From Geosiphon pyriformis uo1 (lineage: Eukaryota; Fungi; Glomeromycota): a stretch of DNA of 19,984 bases. The stretch covers positions 7,225 to 27,208 of the forward strand of contig JAAOMT010000540.1 in NCBI GenBank assembly GCA_016748015.1, written 5' to 3'. The notes under the pieces are model-generated. The model was not told the origin of the DNA and did not search any database. It saw only the letters and a program-made list of their open reading frames with translations. Positions 11,360 through 19,984 of this stretch are shown in pieces (position 1 is the stretch's first letter; each line of letters starts with the position of its first letter). The translations under genes were made by a program, and so were the position numbers.

Positions 11360-11900
11360 TACTAACAATATGCCCAAGAAAGACCAAGCTTGTTTTTCCA
11401 AAGTAGCATTTTTTGATGTTGAGTTTTAGTCCTGCTTTTCGTAATTGTTAAAAAACTTCTCGCAGGTGTTTTAAGTGTAATTCAAATGATGGAGAATAAA
11501 CATCAGTATCGTCAAGATAAACGACTACTGACTTCCAAAAAAGTCTTTAGTACACAACATCCATTAATCTCTGAAACATTGCTAGTGTATTGCATAATCT
11601 AAAAGACATTACATTAAACTCATAATTTCCGCTTTGGGTGGTGAATGCTGTTTTGGGGCGATCTTTGAGATCCATAGTAACTTGCCAGTAACTGCTTTCT
11701 AAATCTAGTGTTGAGAAGTATTTGGATTTTTCAAGGGCATCTAACATGTCATCAATCCAGGAAAGGGGGTAGGCATCTCCAATTGTAACACTGTTGAGTT
11801 GTCGATAGTCAACACAAAATCGGATCTTTCCATTTTTCTTTTTAACTAGCACTACAGGTGAAGTCTAAGGACTCATGAAGGATTGGATGAGCCCATTGTT
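11360..11900 (-). pseudogene. Gypsy reverse transcriptase domain
   Basis: SPVVLVKKKNGKIRFCVDYRQLN, FSTLDL, KTAFTT; YLDD at 11508-11519; VFLGHIVS. Confidence 0.95.
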
Positions 11901-12551
11901 AAGCATTCATTGTACTTCTTCTTGGATGAATTGGTGGCTTTCTAGAGCAATTCGATATGCTTGTTGTCTTCTTGGTTTAGCATCTCCTGTATAAATTTGG
12001 TGTTAGACCAAATTGGTTCTTCCTAAGTCATTGTTGTTTTCAGCAAAGATATTGGCAAATTCTGCAATTAGTTCTTTGAGCTGGCTCTGTTGTTGTGGTT
12101 CAAGTTGTCCTATGTTGATTCGAGATAATTTTTCCATGACAACATAGTAGTTCTTAGTGCTAAAGTTTGGGTTGATTTTTGGTAGTGAATGTCCAATGAT
12201 TTCTGAAAAATTGGGGACTGTTTGGGGTAGTTCTTGTTGAAAGATGTTACTGTGAATAACTCTAATTTCTAAGTTATTTAATAAAATTATGAGGTAATTA
12301 TTGGGGTTGTAAAAAGTAACTCGGACTTTCTTTGTTCCTTCTGGAATATAAATGTTTGGGATTGAAATATTATGTTCCAAGCAGACTTGTTCATTGGATT
12401 CAAAAATTTGTTGTGTGGTTATCAGCTTTGGGCAGGTGTAGATTTCTGGATGTTCTCCAAAGGATGAGATAATAATTGGTTGTGGAAGTCTGAGAATCTG
12501 GTAGAATTCATTCTGTGTGTTAAAAGCTATATTAACTGGAACTGTGAATCG

Positions 12552-12983
12552 TCCAGTTGAACCAAAACCTTGGGTTTCTCTATCACTTTTTCCTAATTGT
12601 TCTCTTTGATTAACTAGTTGCAAACCCGAAATGTTGATTAGGGATAGGTAAATAGCTTGGGCAATTTTTTCAGCATGTTCAATCTTGAATAATTTGTCAG
12701 TTTCATTTTGAAGCATCACTGTAATGTCTCCAGTATATTCAGCATCGATTATTTCTCCTCTGACATTGATTCCTTTGCTTGCCAGAGAGGACCAGGGAGC
12801 AATTTGAATCATTGCTCCTGGTGGGATTTTGAGTGCAATTTTGAGGTTGATTTTTGTGAGAGATTTGGGTTTAAGAACAAGAGTATCCTTATCTGGATAT
12901 TTTAGGTCATATTCAGCATCAATTTCGTGTGCTTTTTTGGATTTTATTCCTTGTCCATTGTTGTTGAAGTATTTAAGTTGTAA
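12552..12983 (-). pseudogene. dut: Trimeric dUTPase domain in pol between protease and RT
   Basis: All five motifs in order: AEYDL (AGxDL), APWSSLA (RSS), GEIIDAEYTGDI (GxIDxxYxG), EKIAQAI, RETQGFGSTG (RGxxGFGSTG). Confidence 0.93.
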
Positions 12984-13103
12984 AGCAGGCTGATTTTTGA
13001 TAAGGTAGATGGGTGTTGTTTCAATTTCTTCCATTGCTTCAGGTTCTCCAAATTCAATTTCATTCTCATCATTTTTGCTGGACAAGGGGATACTAAAAGC
13101 ATA

Positions 13104-13703
13104 GCATTCAGGACACCACTGTTCATCACAAGGCATAATGCATTTTTCACATAGCCTAATGTTCATTTGCTCTAATTATTGAATTTAAGCTTTTTGAATT
13201 GGGTAGGTGTGACTTGCAATTTGGTGGTAGACTTCTACTTCATCTTCATAATCGAATCCAGCTAATTCTATGGTGTATTCAATGTATTCTGCTTCCTTTA
13301 TTTGATGAATATTTTCTTTGGTAGCTCCATTAATTAATGCCATTGCTAGGTCGAAAATCATCTTGGCATTATGGAGATAATAATAAAGTTTGTTGAGGGC
13401 ACTGTTGTATGCCGCATTAAAGGGTGTTCTTCTTTTTACTTTTTCTGAAATTGATAAAGCATATTGGCAAGTCTGATTGCAAACTCCTCCTCTCATGGTT
13501 ACATCAATCCAATTGCGTTCTTCCAGTAGCATATCTCCACAAGTTAAACAAGGGGTGTTGTCCTATTTTCTACTTCTTTTTATTAGATGGCCCCATCGTT
13601 TTCTGTGGCAAGTCTTGCAGTAATAACAAGTATGATTTTCATATTCTTCTTCAGGTAAAATGCAGGCTCCCATTGACAATAGTTTCTTGTGGCAGTCATT
13701 ACA
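13104..13703 (-). other. Cys-rich insert in pol with three C4 Zn-finger-like motifs
   Basis: CNDC-x24-CKTC; CLTC-x19-CNQTC; CEKC-x8-CPEC, all in the pol frame. Confidence 0.7.
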
Positions 13704-13988
13704 TTTAAGGGGAATATAGGGGCATTGTTTCCTTGGTTCGGGTTTTGAGTAAGAAATATTCCATCCAGAGGTTTTAGGTTCAGAGTATGAAATAAAATGT
13801 TCTTGTTCTGTTTTATCGGCCCAGTTGGACATTGATCAAAGAGTCATGAATGTTTTAATGAGAGGTTTTTCCTCTTCCGGTTTGAATTCAAAAGCTGGGG
13901 CTTTTTCAAAGCATTTGTTGAATGTACCACAAGTGGCAAGTACTTGGGCATGTTGTCCTTAGTAGGAGATTGTTAACTCTTGTGTTTC

Positions 13989-14300
13989 TCAATTCAAATT
14001 AGCATTGGCTTTTTGAAGCCAATTATTTCCGACAAGAGCTTGGTACTGGGATGCGTCCATTACAAGAACTTTGACTGGAATGATAATTCCATCAAAAGTG
14101 AACGGAAAATTGTCAATTTCTTCTACTGGGGTTTTTTTCATGCCATCAGCAGTGACGATTACTGTTTGAGCTGGTTGGTTGACATTTCTCTTCAACTGTT
14201 GCATTAACTGGTAAGTGATAATGCTTCCGGCGGATCCACTATTTAGAATCAAGCGAATTGTCTTTCCTTTGACTTCTGCTTCAGTGTACATAGCCGTGAT
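13989..14300 (-). pseudogene. Retropepsin (aspartic protease) domain
   Basis: IRLILNSGSAGSII (DSG>NSG), IVTADG, ALVGNNWL. Confidence 0.9.
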
Positions 14301-14849
14301 TGCTTTTTGTTCATTGGCAGCTGCATTGCTAAGCAGGAATGGTGACTCATTTGCTTCAAACTCAAAAGGGAATATATCTGAAAGATTAGCATTTTCAGCG
14401 ATTCTGGCTGGTGGGATTGTGGTGGGAGTATAGGAAGAGTTTTGTTGTTGTGCTGTAGTTTTACCTTCCAAGGATACAGTATAATGAAAATCTTGTTCTT
14501 CTGGTATTGTTAAATAACTGGGTTAAGTGTGGTAGTGGTTGGGTCTTGGTTGAATGGAATTTCGGGAAACCAATTGGTTGTTTGAACTGATTCTATTGTT
14601 GTTTACTTGGTATCGGTTTTGTGGTGTGAATTGATTTTGTGTAATCAGTCTTCGAGCAGATACTTGATAATGTTGTGTGGATGGTTGTTGGTATTGCTGT
14701 TAGATTGGCTGTGGGATGGGTTGATAATAGTTATTTTGGTATTGGGGTCTTGGTGGATAGTAAGCTGGTGGTGGTGGTTGATAATAAGATTGCTGTAGTG
14801 GAGGGTAATATTGATTACTCCTATTTTGTTGGTCTTGTTGTAGCTTTCT

Positions 14850-15580
14850 GCAATCTCTTTTCTAGTGGCCAGAGATTCCACAGTAATGGCAATTCTGAGA
14901 CTAGTTATTGGAAAGTGGTGCAAAGTTATTTTGATTTCATCTTTGGGGTGGTTGATATCTTTGGAGTTGCTGTTGTTGATTGGTGAAATAGTTTTTAATC
15001 TTCTTTGTGAGTTGGTCAATTTTTTCCTCAGCTGCTGAGCTGGTTTTTCCAATTGCCAAATTTACAAGTTTTGTGCGATTGGCCTCTTCTATGGCCATTT
15101 CATATCTTTTCACATGCTGTATGGCAGAGTTTAAATCTTCTGGTGCATGTGGGTGAACCTTTTTAATTAGTTTATCTTTTAGACCAGCGATAAATTGATC
15201 CAAGATTTGAGCATCAGAATAATAATTGTTTGTTTTGAGTTGGCGAATTTATCTGAGAAGTTTGTTGAATTTCCCAATATAAGTCATAACAGATTTGGAG
15301 GGTTCTTGTTTGATATTTTGAAAACAATTGCAAAGGGTAATGGAGGTATTATTGTCAGTGAACTGTTCAAGGAAGGCTGCTTTGAAAGCATTCCAATCAT
15401 TGAATGGGGTGGCCAAGTTTTCAAACTATTTTCCTGCTGTTTCTTTGAGAAAGTAGAGAATTGTTCTTAACATTCTGGCAGCATTCCATTCATTTGCATC
15501 TCCAGCTTTAGTAACTTGGTCGAGCCATTTTTGGGGACTGGTCTCAATATCTTCTCCATTAAATTCAGGGATTTTTGTGA
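14850..15580 (-). pseudogene. Gag capsid plus CCHC nucleocapsid knuckle
   Basis: KIPEFNGED...PQKWL, DQFIAGL; knuckle CHYCGISGH*KRDC at 14850-14891, followed by a Q/P/Y/N-rich linker. Confidence 0.88.
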
Positions 15581-15908
15581 TGTATGTTGTTATTTTGTCT
15601 TCTTCATTTTCACTGTCTATTAATTCTTCTTCAGATATTTCAGGTTTGTTTTCTTCATTTGCTGCTGTCTTGGAGTGTTCACTTTGATTTTCAGCTAGAA
15701 AGTCAAGGAGATTGGAACTAATTTGAAGGGGTTCTTGTTGTCTGATGGGACTTCTAAGTAATGTAAAATCTTCTGGTCTTGCAAATCGATTCAAGAGTGA
15801 ATTAGGCATTTGTGCTTGTGCAAGTAAAGCTGAAAAAAGTGTGATAGTAAGTGGAAGTTTTGAACTGGTTCTTTGTTCAGGTGTTTGTAAATGTTTGGCA
15901 GTTGTTTT

Positions 15909-16496
15909 TGGTAGTGTTGGAGTATTTGGGGTGGTATTTGAGTATTGCTTCAATTTGTTTTTGCCTTTGTTGCTTGTTTCTGTTTCCAATTCAAAATCAA
16001 TAGAGTATTGAGACTGCACTAGATATGTTTCTTCACAGTATTTAATAATGTTAAAATTAAGTTTGTGAAAGTAAGTGGCAAGTGTTTTGCTGTTAAGGTT
16101 TTCAGTTCCCAACTGTAAATAGTGTGCTAAATTGTTGTAAAAGTTGCTTCTAACTTCTGAGATATTGTAATTTCCAAAAAAATAATTGTTGANNNNNNNN
16201 NNNNNNNNNNNNTGGTAGTGTTGGAGTATTTGGGGTGGTATTTGAGTATTGCTTCAATTTGTTTTTGCCTTTGTTGCTTGTTTCTGTTTCCAATTCAAAA
16301 TCAATAGAGTATTGAGACTGCACTAGATATGTTTCTTCACAGTATTTAATAATGTTAAAATTAAGTTTGTGAAAGTAAGTGGCAAGTGTTTTGCTGTTAA
16401 GGTTTTCAGTTCCCAACTGTAAATAGTGTGCTAAATTGTTGTAAAAGTTGCTTCTAACTTCTGAGATATTGTAATTTCCAAAAAAATAATTGTTGA
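15909..16496. other. Assembly artefact: 284-bp duplication (15909-16192 = 16213-16496) around a 20-N gap
   Basis: The copies appear identical and abut the gap; collapsing 304 bp restores the Gag frame. Confidence 0.9.
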
Positions 16497-16598
16497 TGCA
16501 GTTTTCAATGTATTGGTATACTGATTTCTTGACAACTTCAATTCCGTCTGGAATGTTAAATCTTTGCTTGCAGTAGGTATAAATTGATTGGTAATACT

Positions 16599-16838
16599 CT
16601 AGAGCTGTTGTGTCTGGTCTGGTCGCCACTTTGAATTTTGTTGTTGCTGTGTTATTTCCGTGGGAGAGCACCAAATGTTACCGGAGGTTTTTGGTCTCTT
16701 TTCTTGAATGTTGTTGATGCCTGTTTGCTGTGAATTCACGTTTTCTGGATGTGGTTGAACCTCCAGTACTGAATTTATCTTCAAATTATCTCCTATAATT
16801 TGAACTGCTGGACTTATAAGTGGAATGGCCAATTCCAT
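16599..16838 (-). CDS. LTR-initiated 79-aa ORF; candidate first coding exon of gag (16838-16682)
   Basis: ATG inside the 5' LTR, open in both LTR copies, crosses the PBS and overlaps the ATG-less start of the Gag frame. Confidence 0.55.
   Translation of the reverse strand: MELAIPLISPAVQIIGDNLKINSVLEVQPHPENVNSQQTGINNIQEKRPKTSGNIWCSPTEITQQQQNSKWRPDQTQQL
16658..16673 (-). promoter_or_regulatory. Primer binding site
   Basis: TGGTGCTCTCCCACGG starts 2 nt after the 5' LTR; complementary to a tRNA ending ...GAGAGCA-CCA (Thr- or Ile(UAU)-like; identity not verified). Confidence 0.85.
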
Positions 16839-17654
16839 GCTAGTTACTTTGTATAGTTATGTTGTAGTAAATGTCAACTTTTTCCTAGGAATTGGTCATC
16901 TGAAAGCTCACTAAATATGTAGTTATTTTGCTGTGAAAGTCAACTCTTCTATAGGAATCTTGTCTGTAGGCTATCTTAATGATTATAATAAGAAAATAAA
17001 AAGAAAATAAAAAAAATATAAAAAAAATAGAATTCTGTCAAGGGAAACGTTTTTGATCCAGGCCTGGAGTTACTAACAGTTTATTAAAATTGGTAGCTAA
17101 TCAATTTCAGAACGTTAGTTGGGTTTTGAGGATTTTTCAAATGCAATAATTAAAAAATTTGGTTTTTCAAATTTGTTTGATATTTATTTCTCTTTTGTGT
17201 ATGTAGAAATGATTCTAAGTGATAAATCTAAAGTAAGATACATTTTCTCAAAGAGAGAAGCTCTTCTTTTATACAACTTGTTGTAACACTATTCTATAAA
17301 CTTGAACTTTGCTCTTTTCTACAATTTCGCTAAACTAAAGATACATTTTGGTGAACTACAAGTTATTTCTGCAAACTATTAGATATTTCGGTGAACTATC
17401 AATTATTTCGGCGAATTTCTTCAAATTTTGGCAAACTTTTTGAATGTTACATAGTTTGGGGTATTACATAATTGATCATTACAATTAGGTTATATTTGTG
17501 TTATGTACAAATTGAATTATTAATTAAATGATAATTTCGGACATTTTGCTAATATACTAAGTGATAATTTGAAACAATAATATATGTTAATTAATGATAG
17601 GAATTATAAAAATAATTTCATGCTAAATAATATCTCTAATTTCGTTTGGTAACA
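16676..17654 (-). repeat. 5' LTR (979 bp)
   Basis: TGTTACC...GGTAACA terminal inverted repeat; homologous to 7509-8487. Confidence 0.97.
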
Positions 17655-17701
17655 ATGCCCCTAATGTTACAAGTAGCAATTTTTCAAATAAAACCATTTA
17701 T
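17655..17701 (-). pseudogene. LINE ORF2 first ~15 codons (APE motif I), separated from the rest by the Gypsy
   Basis: INGFI*KIATCNIRG, continuing as MNNPVKQ at 7506. Confidence 0.88.
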
Positions 17702-19503
17702 TAGAATGGAGGTTGTGGAAGCACACTACCAGTCAGAACCAAACCATTAAAATGAGCAGACAAACTCAGCACCAAAGCAGCAAGGCCTTCCAACATATTT
17801 TCTAACTTGGCAACATAAAGGGATGCAAATGAGTCCCTTACTGAAGCAGTAGCAGTCCTATTACTGGTGGTCTCACTCAAACCCACTCCCATCATTATAT
17901 TCTTCCCTTGATTTTGCGATAGAAAAGTCACTGACAATTGACATCCAGGACTAGGCTGGGGAACTGCCAGCACAAGTAAATCTAACCTCTTAGTCAACTC
18001 ATTAATTTGTCTCACAAGACTGATGAGACTGCTTTCAATATTTGTCAAATACATATCCAAATTCTTTGCAATAGAAGGGAGAAGTTTTCCAACTTTGTCA
18101 GAACCAAGAAGTGAACCAGCACTATGAGGATTGTGTACAGGAGAAACACCAACCACTGACATCCAAGTCTTACCACTGAAGGCCAATGGACAAAAAATAG
18201 GCACAGATTTCCTTGCATAGATAGTCACTAATTTGACCTGATCCTGAGCAAAAAGAGGAGTCTTTCTGTCCCTCAGAGTTGAACCAACCTTAACCAAAAC
18301 ACAATTGAGAGATATATGACCAGGAATCTTGCAAACCGAGCACAGCACCAAAGAAAGGCAAGACCAGCAGAGACCAATTTTTTTTATAACTGGAGTTGCA
18401 GCCATTGCACTAACCAGATCAGATTCAGACCCAAAGCAAACAGTGACACAGCAGGCACAGGTGTAGCTTACAGGATTATGATCAATGACACATGTTTTTT
18501 TACCAACTAAACCAACAAAATTCCAAAAATTATGAGCATTTGTTCCCACAGAAAGAGTATAGAGCAGCGCCCTGAATTCATCCTTGAAATTCCATGTCTG
18601 TTTGTTAACATCAGCTCTGGCCACACATACTGCATCCTTTTCAATGAAGATAGACCATTTGGATGCCAAGAGATCAGCCTGATTTTGATCTTCCAATTCA
18701 ACAATCGCTTTTTGCCACAGACTCACCAGCTGTATCTTAATTGACTTAATCAATCTAAACTCAGAAATAGCAGCATGCACAGCCTCCATGGAAGTTCTCA
18801 CAGAAATTTTTTTCATCACAATTGCCCAATTCATATGATTGTTGTTTGAGTGCTTTAAATCGGTGTTTATTACAACATTACGATTATTTGCCAATTTCCC
18901 AACAGTCATCATTGCCTTTTTTGAAGTGAAAGTAGCCCATATAATTTCACCAAATTTTGAGGAGGTAGAGACCCCCCCAAAACTATTCACACCAGAAAAT
19001 AATTTTCTGACAAAACTTAATTTCTCTTGAGAAGACTTCTCAGTAATGATCACAAAATCAATATCTAAAGCAAAAAACTTGCGAACAGACACTTAAATGG
19101 ATGGTTTGATATGAAGAGGGGGCAGGAAAAGGAAGAAATCATCCAAAACATCATTATCTGCATTGAAAGTATTATAATCAATCACATTCAGTGGCTTTTT
19201 CAATACTTTCTTGGTCTTTATATGCAAACTTTTTGGTGTTTGATTAGGATCCTCTTCCATGAAAGTACTACTCTCACCATAGTTAACACTAGTTTTTTCA
19301 ATCAAGCACTCTTCTTCAATGTCAATACTCTCAGACTCAGTAGTGTCACCAGTCTCAAAACCCCATGAACAAGCACCAGGAGCTTCAGCAGCAACCCCAC
19401 TATTATCAATACTCTCTTCTAATACATCTCCCTTCCTCTTCTTCCTCAATACAACAGCTTTGAAACCACTATCAGAACCAGTACTTTTAAGAGTCTTCTT
19501 TAT
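17701..19503 (-). pseudogene. LINE ORF1 (~600 codons; acidic N-terminus, RRM-like region, CCHC knuckle, coiled-coil-like segment)
   Basis: ORFs 19093..19449 and 17701..19092 share a frame with one stop; CSVCKIPGHISLNC = CX2CX4HX4C. The start is inferred (ATA at 19503 as decayed ATG). Confidence 0.82.
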
Positions 19504-19637
19504 AACAGCAATAACAGGGCCAACAGTGGCCTCGTAATTGAAAAATGATTTTAATTTATCATACTAAATGGTAAAAAACTTTTTTTAAAAAAACTTTTAA
19601 CTCTTTATTGGGAATTTTGGACGAAAGAGAGAAAGAA

Positions 19638-19984
19638 GTTGTTTTACTATAGACAAGTTCAAATGGTGTTACTTGTATAATATTTTGCTTCATTGTCTGA
19701 TAAGCAAATAATATTAATAATATAAATAAGTCCTATTTATTCTGGTTTTTTTGGCTAATTTTGGCTATTGCTTTACACAATATTTTGTTGAATTTTTTAA
19801 ATAAGCCATTGGTTTATGGATAATATAATAAAAATAATAGTCTTTTGATTCCAAATCTTTGACTTAATTTTGTAAATAGTCTGTTTAGAAAGTGGGTTTT
19901 TTAATTTGATGATAATTCTTTTAGACATCTATGTCAACAAATTAAATCTTGGTGTATAAATTTGGTAATAGATTCTGCATCTGC
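19638..19984 (-). pseudogene. pol: Old Ty3/Gypsy integrase core (right of the LINE insertion; includes right TSD 19638-19650)
   Basis: ADAESITKFIHQDLIC*HRCLKELSSN*KTHFLN...YYP*TNGL / FNKILCKAIAK...*DLFILLILFAYQTMKQ...TPFELVYSKT (one frameshift), homologous to 10140-9800. Confidence 0.88.

Larger units (their letters stand above)
9273..16674 (-). pseudogene. gag-pol: Single-frame gag-pol polyprotein (~2,350-2,400 codons after removing the 304-bp assembly artefact), many premature stops
   Basis: Fragments starting at 16112, 15203, 14471, 13832, 13532, 13166, 11852, 11066 and 10139 share one frame. 16674 joins that frame once the gap duplication is collapsed. Probable end ...LEPIVVIEQPSNSLII* at 9273. 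Confidence 0.93.
7509..17654 (-). mobile_element. Structurally complete but mutationally inactivated Ty3/Gypsy LTR retrotransposon with dUTPase and an extra 3' ORF
   Basis: Two 979-bp LTRs with TG..CA ends, PBS, PPT, 4-bp TSD; domain order Gag-PR-(ZnF-dUTPase)-RT-RNH-IN. Confidence 0.97.
2728..19637 (-). mobile_element. Full-length non-LTR retrotransposon (LINE; ORF1 + APE-RT-RNase H ORF2), ~6.8 kb net, interrupted by the Gypsy at 7509-17654
   Basis: ORF1 with CCHC, ORF2 with APE/RT/RNase H/Zn motifs, 3' A-rich tail and flanking 13-bp TSD. Confidence 0.92.

Noticed and set aside
14645-15052. Alternative-frame ORF as a gag-pol frameshift product
   Set aside because: The CCHC knuckle and protease lie in the main frame; this ORF is a by-product of the low-complexity Q/P/N linker.
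9273-16112. Alternative genetic code or stop read-through to explain in-frame stops
   Set aside because: TAA, TAG and TGA all occur, at positions expected for W/Q/R, alongside catalytic D>N changes; this indicates mutational decay.
15909-16496. Apparent tandem duplication within gag
   Set aside because: Identical copies directly flank a 20-N gap while the LTRs differ by ~6%; best explained as an unmerged contig overlap.
2815-19537. Numerous short + strand ORFs over the LINE and Gypsy
   Set aside because: Antisense shadows of minus-strand coding frames with no recognisable motifs.

Overview
AT-rich, eukaryotic-looking transposon graveyard with no intact host gene. The element content resembles Glomeromycotina-type fungal genomes (inference). 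The window is a nested stack of decayed elements; the Tc1 relic is on the + strand and all retroelements are on the - strand. (1) A Tc1/mariner-like transposase relic at the left edge appears cut by (2) an old Ty3/Gypsy element. (3) The old element's integrase is split by a full-length APE-RT-RNase H LINE (2728-19637, poly(A) tail, 13-bp TSD). (4) The LINE's endonuclease motif I is split by a structurally complete Ty3/Gypsy element (7509-17654) with 979-bp LTRs, 4-bp TSD ATGC, PBS and PPT. The inner Gypsy has a single-frame gag-pol carrying three C4 zinc-finger-like motifs and a dUTPase between protease and RT, plus an extra non-env ORF3 after integrase. Its Gag frame has no ATG near its start, but an LTR-encoded ATG ORF joins it in frame if a 35-nt GT..AG segment containing the PBS is spliced out. 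The elements are inactivated mostly by C>T/G>A transitions. Two N gaps and one 284-bp assembly-overlap duplication are present. All alignments and counts were done by eye.
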